From Strigamia acuminata (Eukaryota): 64,000 bases of DNA. The position numbers and the translations under genes were made by a program. Below are positions 17,944 through 32,140 of the stretch, in pieces (position 1 is the stretch's first letter; the number at the start of each line of letters is the position of its first letter). The stretch lies in NCBI GenBank assembly GCA_949358305.1, contig OX442314.1, positions 25,730,001 through 25,794,000 of the forward strand, in the 5' to 3' direction. The notes under the pieces were generated by a model that was not told the origin of the DNA, did not search any database, and saw only the letters and a list, made by a program, of their open reading frames with translations.

Positions 17944-20900
17944 ATGGTGCTAACAAATTTCATAGATATGGTCTTGGAATACTATCAAAGTATTTGTTGG
18001 ATAGCAATCATAACAATATTGCTATATTTTAAAAAATCTCGTAACTTACCACCCGGACCATTGGGATTGCCAATAGTAGGATATTTCCCTTTCCTAAAAC
18101 AACCGCCTCATGTTGGAATTACGGAATTAGGAAATAAGTATGGTAGTGTGATAAGGTAAACAGAAAAATTTTAAAATATAAATATATTTTATTACCCCAC
18201 TAATATTTAAGTGCATTTTTCTAGTTTTTACTTGGGGAGCGTGCTAGTGATAATGCTGGGCGACTACAAAGTCATCAAAGAAGCATTCGTGAAGCAAGGA
18301 AATATAATTTGTGGTAAACCAGAAACCAGTGTCTTTCGAATCAATAAAACGGATAAAGGTAAAATTTGAATCGCAATATTTTTTTCCTCAATAAAGCTTC
18401 GTATTTTTGGTTCAGGCTTGATGTTGGCCGAAGGCGAAACAGCGATTCAACACCGTCGCTTTATTCTGTCAAGTTTCAAAGATTTTGGAATGGGGAAAAC
18501 TAGTCTGGAGCAACAATTAATGGTACTACGACCGTATGCACTAAATCATCAAATAATAGAGAGTTTGCGGGATGCATTTTTCCCTTATTTTGTGCTACGT
18601 TACACTATTTTAGTGCCATATCGTAAGGGAAAAATCTTTAGTGTATCGTTTTCAACACTAAATTAAAATATAGCGCAGCCAATCAGAATTGAGAACACTA
18701 TATTGTTAGCTCCGCCCATTGCAAATGGCAATTATTTTGTTGTCCCGATCAAACACATCACAGCATAGGTACGTAGATTGAATGATAAGTGAGGCCCAAA
18801 ATTGAATTTTAGGCCCAAAACCATACTTTATAGGTATAATAATGGAAATTTATGCAGAAATTAGCACATTTCCGTCCCTAAATTGAATTTTTAGGCCCAA
18901 AATTACTAACTGTCAGTGGTTGGCTGAAATTGTGTAGTGATAAGGAAAAAGTGCAACCCGCAAAAACTTAATTTATCATTTTTTCCTTACAGTAGGTGCA
19001 TTCAATAAGTCTAAAACGTATGCAAAACTCGTTTCGTGTTTGCACATGACGTCATTCCCATTCCCATTGAATAACATGTTATTCAATAGGAATGATGTCA
19101 CGTGCAAACACGAAACGAGTTTTGCATACGTTTTAGGCTTTTTGAATGCACCTACTATTTTTATATCGTATAGTCTTTAACTGTAAGGGAAAAATGCATC
19201 CCGCAAACTCTCTATTATGTGCATTCAATTAAAATTAGCACTGCTTGTCAACATGAGATGGCATTCTTAGATGTACACACTTTATTGAATGCACCCACTG
19301 AATTTTTGCTCCTGTAATTTCTAAATGTCCAAAGATCGCATTTGGTCCTCAGTTTGCAAATCTTCCAAAATTGGAGATTAATAAATTACTTTCATATTGT
19401 AGGTAGAAATTAAACGTTTCTTGGATGAACTCAGAAAAGAAAATGGGAAAGCTGTAGACTTAAAGCCATCATTGCTTACTAGTATCTCAAACGTAATAGC
19501 AATGTTTGAATTCGGAAAGCGATTTGAATACGAAGATGAGGAATTTATCGAACTAACAAAATTAATGTCAAGTAGTGGAAAATCGATTGCAGCGACTGCA
19601 ATTCGTACATTTCTTCCTTGGATAACGTACATTCCCTTTACAGACAAGATTACAGGCTTCAACAACTTGAAGTAAGTGAACTGTGTTAACCAAATATATT
19701 GAGTAACACATTTATCCTCCAAAAAACTGAACTCCATTCTTCATACGGTATTATCCTGCTTTAAGCAGCATGCCAGTGTACATGAAATTACCAACTTTTG
19801 GAAATTTCAGTGACAAAGTTTATGCCTGCATGCCGGTATACACAGAGCGAGTCAAAAGTCTGAAAATAATTTTTTTTCTTGAAGATGCCACTATAAGTGT
19901 GAAAAGCTGGTTTTGTAATTAAAAATGCCTGAATGAATATTTATGTTAGAATTTGGGCCAGAAATTTGTGTTTTTTAGATATTCTGAAGATTATTATTAA
20001 AATTCCTGGAAATTTATAAAAATTTGCACTCATATTCTATATTTTAGACTTTTTCGCTTGTTTTTGTTCATTTTGTCATGAACCGGCTTTATATAAAGGG
20101 GTAAATGCGTTTTGAATTACGCACCGGTTACGGTACACGGAAAGCGTAAGCAAAGGCCCGTTTAATGATAGTCTGCCTAGAGTGTGGCGGCAATCTATCC
20201 CCTTGCTCGATCCGTCACAAATTACACTTGTACAGTAGCACGAGTATCTTGGAACTGTAAAAAGTAAGAGAAATGGCAGAGCGTGCGTCCAAGGTCAAGT
20301 CAAAGTTACATGTCCTTAGGACTCTCGTCGACGACAAGACAAGGATAGAAGGCGGTGTCGTGCCAAACCTGGCTGGGATCTTTAATGGCGAAATGTCCAG
20401 GCCAAGCAATTGCACTTTAACTATACTCAAAACCACCACAACGTTGATCGATTTCATTCTGTTTACGCCTAACTGTGTACTGTGTTATACTAAGTGGAAA
20501 AGTAGTTCTGGGTCAAAACATCACCTTTGACAATGTTGGTAATCGATCACAATGTCTGCAGTTCGAGTACAATTCTGGTGTTATGAGCTACTTTTTTTGT
20601 GTCCCTACACCAGTGAAATAGATCAACGTTGTGGTGATTTTGAGTATACATGCGCAAAAGACACAGAAAAAGACACAGTCGTGAATTGGTTTAATTCTGG
20701 CCCCTAGGTACATGTCAAAGGCATTTAGAATCAAAATAAATAGAGCAACAAAAGAAAGAATTTCTCAGCAAAAATACGAGCAAACGCGTGGGATGACAAT
20801 GAAATGCACACCACGGGCAATTCAAACCACACAAAGGCAGTGCCACGAGTTTGTCATGGGGAGAAAGGTAGCCAGGCTGACCAACAGCTAATGAAAGCTG

Positions 20901-23900
20901 CTCAGATGTAGCACTTGCAAGCCCTGAGGTAAATTCGGGCCAGACCCAAAACAGAAGGGGCATAGTCAATCAGTGGCCAGCCCAGGAACCAATCACATGC
21001 ACCGTGAATAATCATTAAGATGATTCACCCATGCATGACCAGGTAAACAAATTAGCTAGACAAAATAAGAATAAGAAATAAGGGGGACCAGTGATTAATA
21101 CAGTACTTGGACTAGTCTGGCATGAACAAAGAAATCATGCCAAAAATCATGCCAGAACAAGCCAGGTAAAAACGAGGTTTACTGGCAGTCTGGTCAAACC
21201 TGAGCTGTACTACAGTGCGTGTATTTCGGGTACTACCAATTCGTTGCCGTCATTTCATCGCCCCATGTTTTATATTTGCAGAACTAAGACAAAGGTTATT
21301 TGTGATTTCTTTCGTAAAAAAATACAAGAAAACCAGAACAACCACATCGAAGGAAGCAGAACACATTTAATCGAGGCTTATCTCACAGAAAGGAATTCCA
21401 TCATCCAAAAAACAGGCTCAGAAGGATATTTTTGTAGTAAGTCATTACAGTACAGGTGTATTCAATTTGCAACACCACAAGTTAATGCTATCTCTATTTA
21501 TCTCCTATGTGTTTTCAGTGGAACAACTTGTGGGACATTTAAGAGCGTTATTTGGTGCCGGCACAGAAACAACGACTGGAATTCTACTTTGGAGTCTCCT
21601 TTACATCTTAAAATATCCAGAATGTGGTAATCTAAAGTGTATTTTTATATATTTGTTGTCACCACTACGAAATATTTATTATTTTTAATTACTCTGGTTT
21701 GGCACACGCCAAACCAGCCTGCTGTGAAAACTCCCCAGGCACACCTCACCCCAATTTGGCTGGGGTAAGTTGCAAATTAACCGTTTTGGTGCAATAATTC
21801 CTTTGTTGCACCAAAATGTGCTCATTGCACATATCTGGGGCAAATTTTTGATTCTTTAGACCCCTGTAACAAGATCGTAACAAATCCGCAAACCCCCCTA
21901 AAAATGTTTAATATTTCAATAAAATTATGCAACATTATTGAGAACCCCCTCCCCCATCGTAATATCCCGTAATAAAATTTGAAACCCCTCCCCCCTAAGG
22001 CATTACATAATTTATCGACAGCCTCAATGCTGTGCAGATCCGAAATGTGCTGGGCTCAAATTTAGAGTTTTGGCACACTCTTGAATTCACTTACAACCAA
22101 TCAACACACTTTGTCACTGCTCTGCCATTGACCGTGTTAACGTTTAGATGATTTGGGACATCTGCTATCTTTGGTAAGTTTGCAAAGCCAGCGCTTTCAT
22201 GTGTGTCAGCCACAGTTTGTGAGAGTGGACGGGCGCCATTCGGGCATTGGAGTGCCCAAAAAGCATCGGACGCATGACATGTTCTTAGAAATGAGCACAA
22301 GATATTGTGTTTATGGTTGCAAGGCCTTTATTCAGTGTCTAGGGATCAGAATCTCACGGCTCTCTTATTGCTACCACTGCATTGCTGCAGCAAACCTGCG
22401 ACCACACGCGGTTCAGCCGGTGGATCGCTCACGGTACTAAAACTGACAGACCGATCAACACCCAAAGCATCACCATGGTGAACAAGAGTGGAGAACAGCA
22501 AATGGTTAACCAGAGCTGTTCTTAAGTAACCCTGGGCTTTCAACAGGATGTTGACCCTTATCTAGTCCACTCTTGCACCATGGTTATGACAGTACCTTTT
22601 CCCATTGGTTGTGGGATTAGTGACCGGATGTGACGTCATCGGGGTCACTAATCCTCCACCTGGCAGGATGGGATTGGACTGGGCCATGTGGGTTTTGTTG
22701 CAGTGGCCATGTATCGGTCACAAGTTGATACGCACATTCCCACTGTTATTCAGTGATCTCTGCTAACGAGCAGTGCTCTCACTTGCCGCTGCCATCCAGG
22801 ACCACTGTGAGTGTCTCCAGAGTCAGCCATCGCCGCCTGAGTGAGTTTTTGGAAAGAAACAACATTCCCGCCATTTTCGCATACAATGATCGTTGTACGC
22901 ATTTCATTATTCATTTATTTGTTCAATTTCCATTATTCGTATTTAGCCTAATTTATTCTCTTTATATTGATTCCGAATAAATGATTAGTGATATTTTATT
23001 GAAATAGGAAAAAAGGTGTTGCAAGAAATTAATGATGTTATTGGTCACAACAGAGACCCCGCTTTCAGTGACAAAAACAACATGCCGTATACGGATGCTT
23101 ACATGCTAGAGGTGCACAGACACAGTTCACTTGTTCCTTTCACTCTTGTTCATAGGTATGCGAAGGAGTAATTAACTTTTTATTAATTTATGCATATATC
23201 TATACTTACTATTTGTCACAGCAATATAGCTGAAACCACTCTAAACGGATTCACAATTCCAAAGCGCTCTTATATAATAGCAAATCTATGGGCAGTACAC
23301 CACGACAAGAATCTGTGGGAAAATCCTGATGAATTTAATCCGGAAAGGTTCATTAATGAACATGGAAAAGTCGAAAAACCAGAATACCTAATTCCTTTTT
23401 CCATCGGTAAAATGATAAATAAATTTAAGGCAATGTCCACTTTAACTTTCGATTCCCGATACAATGAACGATTAAACATCTAGATAGACGCGATGTTAAA
23501 TCGATCATCCGTGCTACTGGGGTTGGTTCAGTTTAGCTAAATTTATATGATGCTGTAAGCCTTTTGCATCTGCAAAAACTAATCAAAAAATATAATCAGA
23601 AAACATCTATCTATACTCAAAACCACCACAACGTTGATCTATTTCAGCCTGTTTACGCCTAACTGTGTACTGTGTTCTACTACGTGGAAAAGTAGTTCTG
23701 TCAAAGCATAACCTTTGACAATGTTGGTAATCGATCACAATGTCTGGAGTTCGAGTACAATTCTGGTGTTATGAGCTACTTTTTTTGTGTCCCTACACCA
23801 GTGAAATAGATCAACGTTGTGGTGGTTTTGAATATAGATGCGATGTTTAATAGTTCATTGTGTTTCTTGCTAGCTTTAATTATTTTGGTCCCAAAAATCA

Positions 23901-24122
23901 AATCATTTGTCTGATGTTTCAATATTTTCTTCTATTATAATAGGCAAACGAAATTGCATAGGCGAGTCCTTAGCAAATATGGAATTTTTCCTTTATTTTA
24001 CAACATTGCTGCAAAATTTTGAAATAAAATTACAGGAAGGCGAGATCATTTCAATTGAGCCGGAATTTGGAATTGGATTGATTCCCAAACCGTTCAAAAT
24101 TTGTGCTGTGGCTACTAAGTAG
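17944..24122 (+). CDS. Cytochrome P450 (CYP2 clan) gene C, 9 exons, 498 aa
   Basis: Exons 17944-18155, 18225-18358, 18416-18522, 19403-19671, 21282-21436, 21519-21626, 23008-23155, 23222-23406, 23944-24122. Motifs AGTETT, EVHR, NPERF, PFSIGKRNCIGE. Confidence 0.95.
18553..19218. mobile_element. MITE with ~35-bp TIR, carrying nested foldback element (18993-19154)
   Basis: ATAATAGAGAGTTTGCGGGATGCATTTTTCCCTTA and its exact reverse complement. Confidence 0.82.
20424..20646. mobile_element. ~220-bp MITE family, copy 2
   Basis: TACTCAAAACCACCACAACGTTGATC TIR, flanked by TA. Confidence 0.88.
23614..23834. mobile_element. ~220-bp MITE family, copy 3
   Basis: Same TIR and interior as 20424-20646. 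Confidence 0.88.
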
Positions 24123-25061
24123 AGCAGGAATTTTAAACCAATCACTGCATTCAAAAAGTCGTGTTTTAAGTGTCTGTGTTTCGTTCTTATATTTTTTTAA
24201 CCTAAACAAAAAACTAAAACACTTCAAACATGGCTTTTTAGATGCAATTACTAATCAGCTCTTATTCAAAATTGCTGCATACAGTTTTCTCAACAAATTA
24301 CAAAATAAAAACCTACCAAACAGTTTTTATTTTTTATTTTTTCCCTTTAATATTCAATCACGAATAAATAGTTTACCAGCAACATCTAAGGCAGCGATTT
24401 TTTTATTCCTCAAAAAATGACAAAGAAAATCTTCCAACTTTGTAACTTAAAAAAAAGCTCCACAATTATTCTCACCTTTAACCACAGCTGTTTAATGTTA
24501 GCTTACGTAACTTTAAACTTGTTTCGCCGACACATGAAGCAGTCATTCAATTCAACCTTGGTTGCTGCTTTTCATCCGGTAAGTAAGTCTCACTAACACG
24601 TATAAACATTTCCTACAAACAACAGAAATGTTTTAATTCCTTTTGAATTCTTCAATCCAATCTAATAGGTGTAATCACTACACAACTTGAGCATGTTTAA
24701 ATGCCAAACTTTAAAAAGCAATTCTCAGAATTAAAAAAAAAATCTATTTTTATCTCTGACAAAACAACGGATTTCCGTAAACTCAACTCAAAACTCAAAA
24801 AAAAAATTAGTTTTCCATTCACGAACAAATTTTATCCATAAAACATTCACTTGCGCCTTCATCTCAATTAACCTCAATTCTCTCTTGAAAAAAAATCACA
24901 TCAGCTGACTATGAGAATGACAACCTACGGTAGTGATTAATTCTGTACAAGTGAGTCAGCAGGTGAATTCAAAGTTCAATTCCAATCGAACACTTAAAAA
25001 CCGATTTCTTGGTTTACATGCAAATGTTTTACCCAGAAAATAAAGTGTTCTGATATTACGA

Positions 25062-25564
25062 TAGGTGCATTCAAAAACATCACAAAAAATGTGCTTAAAG
25101 GCTTTAATTCGATTAACCCTTTTTCAAAGCATGACATGACGTTTACTACGTCATACTTCAAGTGGAACCAAGAACGACAACAGTTATTGTCCTACTGTCG
25201 TCTTTGGTGGAAGTCCCACTCATAACTTATTACCTAACTTTAACCAACGAGTTCGGTCACTTATTTTCCTTAACTAATCTTTAGCAAAAATGACGCGATT
25301 TGTGCATTATCTCTTTAACAGTCATTCAGATCTCAGATAAGCATGATTAGTAGAACTAAGATGATTTCATTCAAAAATATTCAATAATAAGTCATTTATT
25401 TCACTTATTCCACATTTATTCATTTAAATTTTGGTTTAACTAATTTGAACACACCTAATAAACACTAGGTGCATAAATTAAGCCATTTAAACTTGTTTAT
25501 CTTTTTTAAACCAGTCTAATTTAAAAAATATAAACAACTTTAAATGACTTTATGAATGCGCCTA
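25062..25564. mobile_element. Degenerate TIR element of TAGGTGCATTCA family
   Basis: TAGGTGCATTCA...TGAATGCGCCTA ends shared with the foldback elements. Confidence 0.5.
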
Positions 25565-25938
25565 CTATTCTTTCAAAAATATCAGCACAATTAAATAAAA
25601 GCGTAAAACTTAAAATAAAAATATTTAAAAAAAAACAATACAAATCTAGACATAAATTTCCACCAGATAAATGAACTTTATCATCAAATGTTTTTACTCT
25701 TTCGTAACCAAAGGTATTGTGTGATCAGCTTTATTTGATTACAGATAAAATTATCTCTCAACAATGATTTGCTTCATTTAATCTTGAATAACGTGCTACG
25801 TTTACATGTGATCAAGTTGTCTAAGAGTAAGATGCAACATTTATAATCACGTGCATGATACTTTAGTGCTAAATGTCATACAAACCAGTGTTTCACCGAC
25901 TGCTTTCTAGTTTTTCATTAGCTACCTCTTTTGAACCA

Positions 25939-28900
25939 ATGTCGAGCTCAGACACAACATTAGTGTCAGTGACAACTGATGCGAAAAAACTCTCGGTCAT
26001 CATGGCTGCTGCATTTCTTGCAGGGGAAATGGCAGGAAGTGGCGTGCTGGCATTACCAAAAGCTATAGCCGATTCAGGTAGTGTTTATATTTTATCTTCA
26101 CTTTTTCACCAGAGTAATGTCGAATTCCACAATAAAATAAAATAAATGCCAAATACCCAAACTGTCAACAAAAACATACTAAATGGCGTCCAACTAAAAG
26201 TTTACTCATTGTTTCGTGCATTTGTACGATTGTACAGCTAGTACAAATTCAGTTTGTTTGCAGGATATGACATTTTAATGTGAAAACGAGGTGATCAATT
26301 TAATACATTTAAGCAAATTTTGCTTAACCAACTTGAATGCAATTACCGTATATCTTCGAATTGTCCGTGGGCCTCTAATAGCGCGCAGATCTCCAATTGC
26401 GCGCGGGTGCGTAATTGGAGGCCCAAAATTTTCGAAATGTGCCAAAAAAGGACGACAAATGAAACGTGTGTTACCGAAACGTATGGAAAACGTTTCATTT
26501 GTCACACTTTTAGGTGTTTTTCGTTGCAGATACGTTAAAAAAACAGCGTTGGGGCCAATTGACCGATGCTGGGTTTAAATAGTCCACAGGCTGGAGTGTT
26601 TTGCACTCCATTCCTTTCATTTGTTTTCTGTGTTAAATTGCGTCTTGCGACGTTGCGAGATCGCGTGTCTCGCCACCTATGTTTCTTACGCAAATAAAAA
26701 TTCATGCAAATTTCCTACTACCGACTGGTCACTTATCGAACACCATCCAAGTACAATCCAACAGCATCGGTGCAATCAAGCACAAGAACATACCAGGAGC
26801 CTCTAATAGCGCGCTGGCCTCTATTTGTGCGCGGGGCAAAAGAAATTTAAATAGCGTGCAGGTGCACTATTTGAAGATATACGGTAATGTTTCTCACTGT
26901 GGAAAGATAAATTGAAATACACCACACAAACTCTTATCCAAGTTAGTTATCATCGTCTCACCCCCTCGGAAGATGCTCAGGTGTTTGGACATTGCTTGGA
27001 CGATAAAAACTAACATGTTGTGCAGTGTTGCCAACTTTTAACAACTCTTAAATTCTGGTATTCGACGTTATAATTACATGGTGTTGTCTATTCCATTTCA
27101 TATTCTTGCAAATGAATTTCAGGTTGGATAGGTATCGTATTAATACTACTGTGTTGCGTAAACACTGGGTTTTCCGGTTCAAAACTGGCCAAATGTTGGA
27201 TTATTATTGAAGAACGGTATCCTGAATATGAGGAACGGTCAGGCTCACCATATCCTACTATAGCATACCGAGCATACGGAAAAAAAATGAAGTAATTGAC
27301 AACAGTTTCGTATACAGTCTAAGGAATGACAAAAACTTTGAAAAATATTAATTTCCAATATTTTGATTTTATTTTTCTTTTAGGATTACTAACTATAACA
27401 CTCAAGTAATGTCTGATTAAATTCTCAGACTGATTCAACAAAATTTATTCAAAGTATCAACAATAAATGAAAAAACAGGTGTCCAAAAAGTCGGTTTGAT
27501 GAAACAACTGCCAAATGTTTAAAAATGCAAAATAGCATTATAATATAAGTTTAATAACGTAACAATGCTCTATTATTGACTCTAAATATAACCTCACTAG
27601 TGTGGGAAAGAATAAACATAAATTCCACAGACTTTTTTGGACATTTAATCAGACATTACTTGAGTGGTATATTTAACAATCTTAAAAGGAAAATTAAATC
27701 AAAATATTGGAAGTTAATTTTTTCAAATTTTTCGTCATTCCACAGACTTTTTGGACGCACCTTAGAAGCAGAAAAAAATCACTAATTATTTGTTAATTTA
27801 TTTCAAAAAATCCAAAATAGATATTTGGTTACTTTCTGTGTCGCAGCAACATTGTTTGGCGTTTCTACAGTTCTCTTATTATTGATTGCTCAATTGTTAC
27901 AAGCATTATTAATACCACACGTCAGCCTTTCATATTGCTACTGGATACTTATAATGGGGTTAACTTTACTGCCACTAACATGGTTCGGTACGCCTAAAGA
28001 CTTCTGGTAAGTCATCTGAAGTGCATTCGAATTTGAATTTGATTATTTCGAAGATTTCGACCGTCAACAAATTGGATAAATTTGTTATAATCTAGAATTC
28101 TAGATAAGATTATAGCACATTGAGCCCTTGGAATAAGAACAGAGGTTTTTCCAGTTCAGTTTAACTTCCCGTATAGTAGAAATAAAAGTGGCAACCATTA
28201 GTTGCATTAGAAAATTTAATTCAAAATATAATCTGCCATTTTTAAATTGATTAATGGTACAGTGTAAGCTGTGTAGCCCGGATATGGGACGGGTTTCACA
28301 AACTTGTCCGATCTAGGGAATGTCCGTTCTGTAGGGCACATACACTCTCTGGTCCGGACAAATGCCACATGTCCGGACTAGAGAGTTAAAGAAAATAAAT
28401 TTCCGCTACATTAAAACTATTCAAAAAAATGTAATTTTCTAATGAAAGAATCAATAAAAGGAATAACACTAAAAATTTAATTAAAATCTGATTATATGCC
28501 AGGTTCATAAGGGCTTAAAACCGAAATTTGCGCTAAGGGGCAGTGCAAATGCAAAGTACCGCTCAAAATACATACTTGTAATGTCCTCGTTCGTGAAGAC
28601 GTGCACATTACGACGTGCACATTATGTAAAGATACCTTTAAAGCAAATTTCCTTTTCCAACCCTTGTGAACCTGCAATAAATTAATGCTTTATTTAGATT
28701 TTAGTGTTTTAATTCTTTTTGCAACTTATTTCATTAAAAAATCGGCATTTTTTCGTTTTTTTCCGGACTACACAGCGATTTTTCCCAAAAAAAATTGCCT
28801 TTTTCATTTTTGTTTTTGCAGGCCAATGGCTGTATTTGCCTTAAGTTCAATAGCACTTGCCTGTTTGCTCACTTTCATTCAAATATTAGTAGACAGCAGT

Positions 28901-30545
28901 CACAACACACAAGTAAAACCACCGCCTGAAAAGATAACCTTCCAAACCTTTGTATTTGCATTTGGAACTATACTATTTGCATTTGGTGGTGCAGCATTAT
29001 TTCCAACAATTCAAAACGACATGAGAGATCGTAAACAATTCCCAAAGTCAATTCTCATCACTTTCATAAGTATAGTTTACTAAACTAATAACTCTTGTTT
29101 GACCTTTATCGTTTTGGTTTCACGTAGATTGTGACCATCTAAACATCAGGTTGGCCTAAAAATGATAAAAAGAGAAAAAGAAAAGAAACTTTGAAATATT
29201 ATCATAGATAAGAACAATGATCTAGTAGTTGCATTCAAAAATTAATCTTTAAAGTGCTTGTATTTTTGCTTTTGTATTTTTTAACATCAGAAGACAAAAA
29301 CACAAACGACTAAAACACCACTTTTTAGAATGCTATTGTTGTTAAAGTGGAACAATTGTTATCCTCGTACGTCACAAACGCAACAATATTACGTTTTATC
29401 ACTTTGAGGCCGACAGGTGTTTAGTGTACTCGTTCTTGTATCTTATATGGCACAAAATGTTTTTGTGAGACCAAATCGGCTTCATACATTAATTAACGTA
29501 TTCTACCGATTAAGAGTCGCCCTCAAATTGTAGCCGCGGCTGAGACACCAAGAATACCGTATTTTTGCAAAACTAAAATATTATTTCCGTATTTAACCTC
29601 ACGAACGATGAAGTACGCTTTTGTTCGTGACGTTCAGACTTCGTTTGTTACATTAAACACATCCACATGTAACAAACGAAAAATCGAAATTGTAATTGCT
29701 GACAAAAATGGCAGTTTTGAATAAGAGCGGCGGCTCTAAGTCTAAAACATTTGTCCCGGTATTTCCAGTTTTTATGATTTTTATGATTTTTGTGATTTTT
29801 GTGCTTATTTTATTCATAAATTTCAGTATTACTAATTCTCTACACACCTGTGGCAGTGACGGGTTACTTTGTATTTGGATCTGCCGTCCGTCCTAATATA
29901 GTTCAAAACTTGACATCAGGAGTAACTACTAAAATTATCCAAAGTTTACTCATTGTGCACATGTTTTTCGCTTTTATCATTGCATTAAACCCAGTCAGTC
30001 AGCAAATAGAAGAATTTCTAAAAATACCTCAAAGTGCTTGTAAGTACAATATTTAAAATCATTTCATGTTATTTTTTTATGAATAAATTTATCAGTATTT
30101 TTTTTCAGATTTGAATTGGAGAAGATATTTACTACGGACATGTGTAGTGCTACTTGTAATTTTTGTCGCTTTAAGCGTTCCGCATTTCGGCAATATATTG
30201 TCATTAATAGGCGGTTCATCAGTAACGATGCTCACATTCATTTTCCCATCATTATTCTACTTGAGATTATGCGGTCAGAAACATACAAACTGGCCTCCAA
30301 TGTAAGAAATTTATGACGACAGATAACTGCGGTGTTTCATTAAAACTTTATGAATTATTTTCAGACCTGTGTCTTTGCACGAAAGAGTATATTTATGGGA
30401 GTTGATCGCGATTGGTGTATTAGGGGGTATTGCGGCAACCTGGAGTGCCATCAAATCCATTGTTGAGTCATCGACATTCACTCAGCCATGCTACGTTAGT
30501 CCAAATTTACAGTGTTACCTTGACCCTAATGCACATTGCCAATAG
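25939..30545 (+). CDS. Amino-acid transporter, AAAP/Aa_trans (SLC32/36/38-like) family, 7 coding exons, 442 aa
   Basis: Exons 25939-26077, 27123-27291, 27821-28006, 28822-29069, 29827-30039, 30109-30301, 30365-30545 join in frame (1329 nt). Motifs GEMAGSGVLALP, FAFGGAALFPTIQNDM, VPHFGNILSLIGG; multiple TM segments. In-frame upstream ATG at 25873 is an alternative start. Confidence 0.92.
26346..26884. mobile_element. pogo/Tigger-like MITE (TA TSD); duplicate at 51390-51960
   Basis: TA|CCGTATATCTTCGAAT...ATTTGAAGATATACGG|TA. Confidence 0.8.
27315..27763. mobile_element. Long-TIR (Tc1-like) MITE in transporter intron 2
   Basis: ~100-bp imperfect inverted arms including CTCAAGTAATGTCTGATTAAAT / ATTTAATCAGACATTACTTGAG. 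Confidence 0.6.
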
Positions 30546-30964
30546 CAAATTATCCATAAGGCATAAGTTATTGACTTAAAACAACTAATTAACGAATTTA
30601 AATTCGAATTAAGTGTACCGAGCATAAATAAATATCAAAATCAAGTGAATAATTGAAAATCCTGACCATTTTCATTGAAAAACTTGCCAACTCGCCTGTC
30701 AGTTAAGAATCAAATATATTTATAGTCAATGCTGTGCGATGTTCACGCAGGCGCCATGTTGTTTGGATGCGGCCGGGCGTCGGGCGAGACGGCGTAGTCA
30801 GAGAATTCTGTTAAAGTTCGTAATGAGGATTAAATCAGAGTGTGAAATCGTTTTATCAAGTTTAACAGACAGTTAAAATACCGTTTCAATTATCCCACTA
30901 CGGATGACGATGCACGAAGTCACACTGTTCAGCGATGGCCGTCAAGTTGGGACAAAAAAGTAGT

Positions 30965-31180
30965 AACACTACTTTTTTATTTTTTGAGTAAAAAGGCCAA
31001 TTTTATCATTACATTTGGTGAATAGGCTGCTGGACATGTGACGTGTGACATCATAACTACTCATAATTCACAATTCATAATTCACTATTCATGATGTCAC
31101 ATGTCACATGTCCAGCAGCCTATTCACCAAGTGTAATGATAAAATTGACCTTTTTACTCAAAAAATAAAAAATTAGTGTT
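30965..31180. repeat. ~215-bp foldback element
   Basis: ~88-bp arms (..TTGGTGAATAGGCTGCTGGACATGTGAC.. / ..GTCACATGTCCAGCAGCCTATTCACCAA..) around a short ATAATTC-repeat spacer. Confidence 0.85.
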
Positions 31181-31339
31181 TCAACACACAGTAAAGAATT
31201 CTGTGTGTTGTAAATGTTTGTAACAATGTGAGAGAGATGCTTTTAAATAAAAAAAATATTGACTGTTCAGATAATAACAATACTTTTTAAATTAAACAAT
31301 TGTGGATGTGGATTACACACTCCTGTGGTCTCCATATAA

Positions 31340-31632
31340 GACAAAGTAGCCTGGACAGCACTGAAGGCAGAAAATCAAGGCGAATTGGCCGAACTCAAAG
31401 TCCAAAAACGGGTAGAAATTGGACGTATTAGAATTAGAATGAAGTCCACGGAAACGATTTCTTAATATCTGTATCAAATGATTTCAGTAGCCAAGAAACT
31501 TAATTCGATCGGTGCGCCCATAGACGAGACGGAATTATGGGCACATATTTTAAAAAGACTCACAGTGGATTATACTGCAGTGGTCGCAAGTTGTGACGTA
31601 ATTGGTCGGAGCACATTAAAGTTACCTGACTT
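31340..31632 (+). pseudogene. Ty1/copia gag (UBN2/Retrotran_gag_2-like) fragment
   Basis: AWTALKAE...MKSTETIS*YLYQMISVAKKLNSIGAPIDETELWAHILKRLTVDY; in-frame TAA at 31463. Confidence 0.65.
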
Positions 31633-32140
31633 GGGAGAGCCCTCTTGGCTGAGGAATCAAATAGAGCGGCACTTCCGAGTCTAGCAGAAGTGACTCCCGA
31701 AGGCGCATCTTGGATTCGTGGAATGCCAGGCAGCAGCAGACGCAGACCTTTCGGTTCTGTATATACATATGTACCTAGGTCATCGTGAGGCCCTTTTCCA
31801 AACGCACCAACCAATCAATCGCATAAAAAATCAGGCCTCTTGACAAAAAATTTTGAAACCTTCCTGTTTCCTACTGTTGGAAATAAATTGAACACGATGC
31901 GATTCGTAATGTGGAATGTTACAAGTGATTTTATTTCATTCAAACAAAAGGTTAAATACAAGATTATCATATTGGTTGCTGATGGCGCTTTCGTGCGCTT
32001 CTCGGTGAGACCATTGGCGCTTGCTTCCGTGATCTCCCAACGCCTTCGATAAAATATACTGTAGAGTCCCACGCCTTGACTAAACGTTCAAAATCATCCG
32101 AAAATTGGACCTTCACCTAAATCTGCACTAGGACATGGAA

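Noticed and set aside
20100..21230. GC-richer intronic stretch with short ORFs in P450 C intron 4
   Set aside because: No recognisable domain or termini; probably decayed TE but not assignable
22091..22980. Cys/His-rich short ORFs and a small hairpin in the extra intron of P450 C, faintly like a retroelement zinc finger
   Set aside because: Frames are broken, the motif is not convincing, and no ends or TSD were identified
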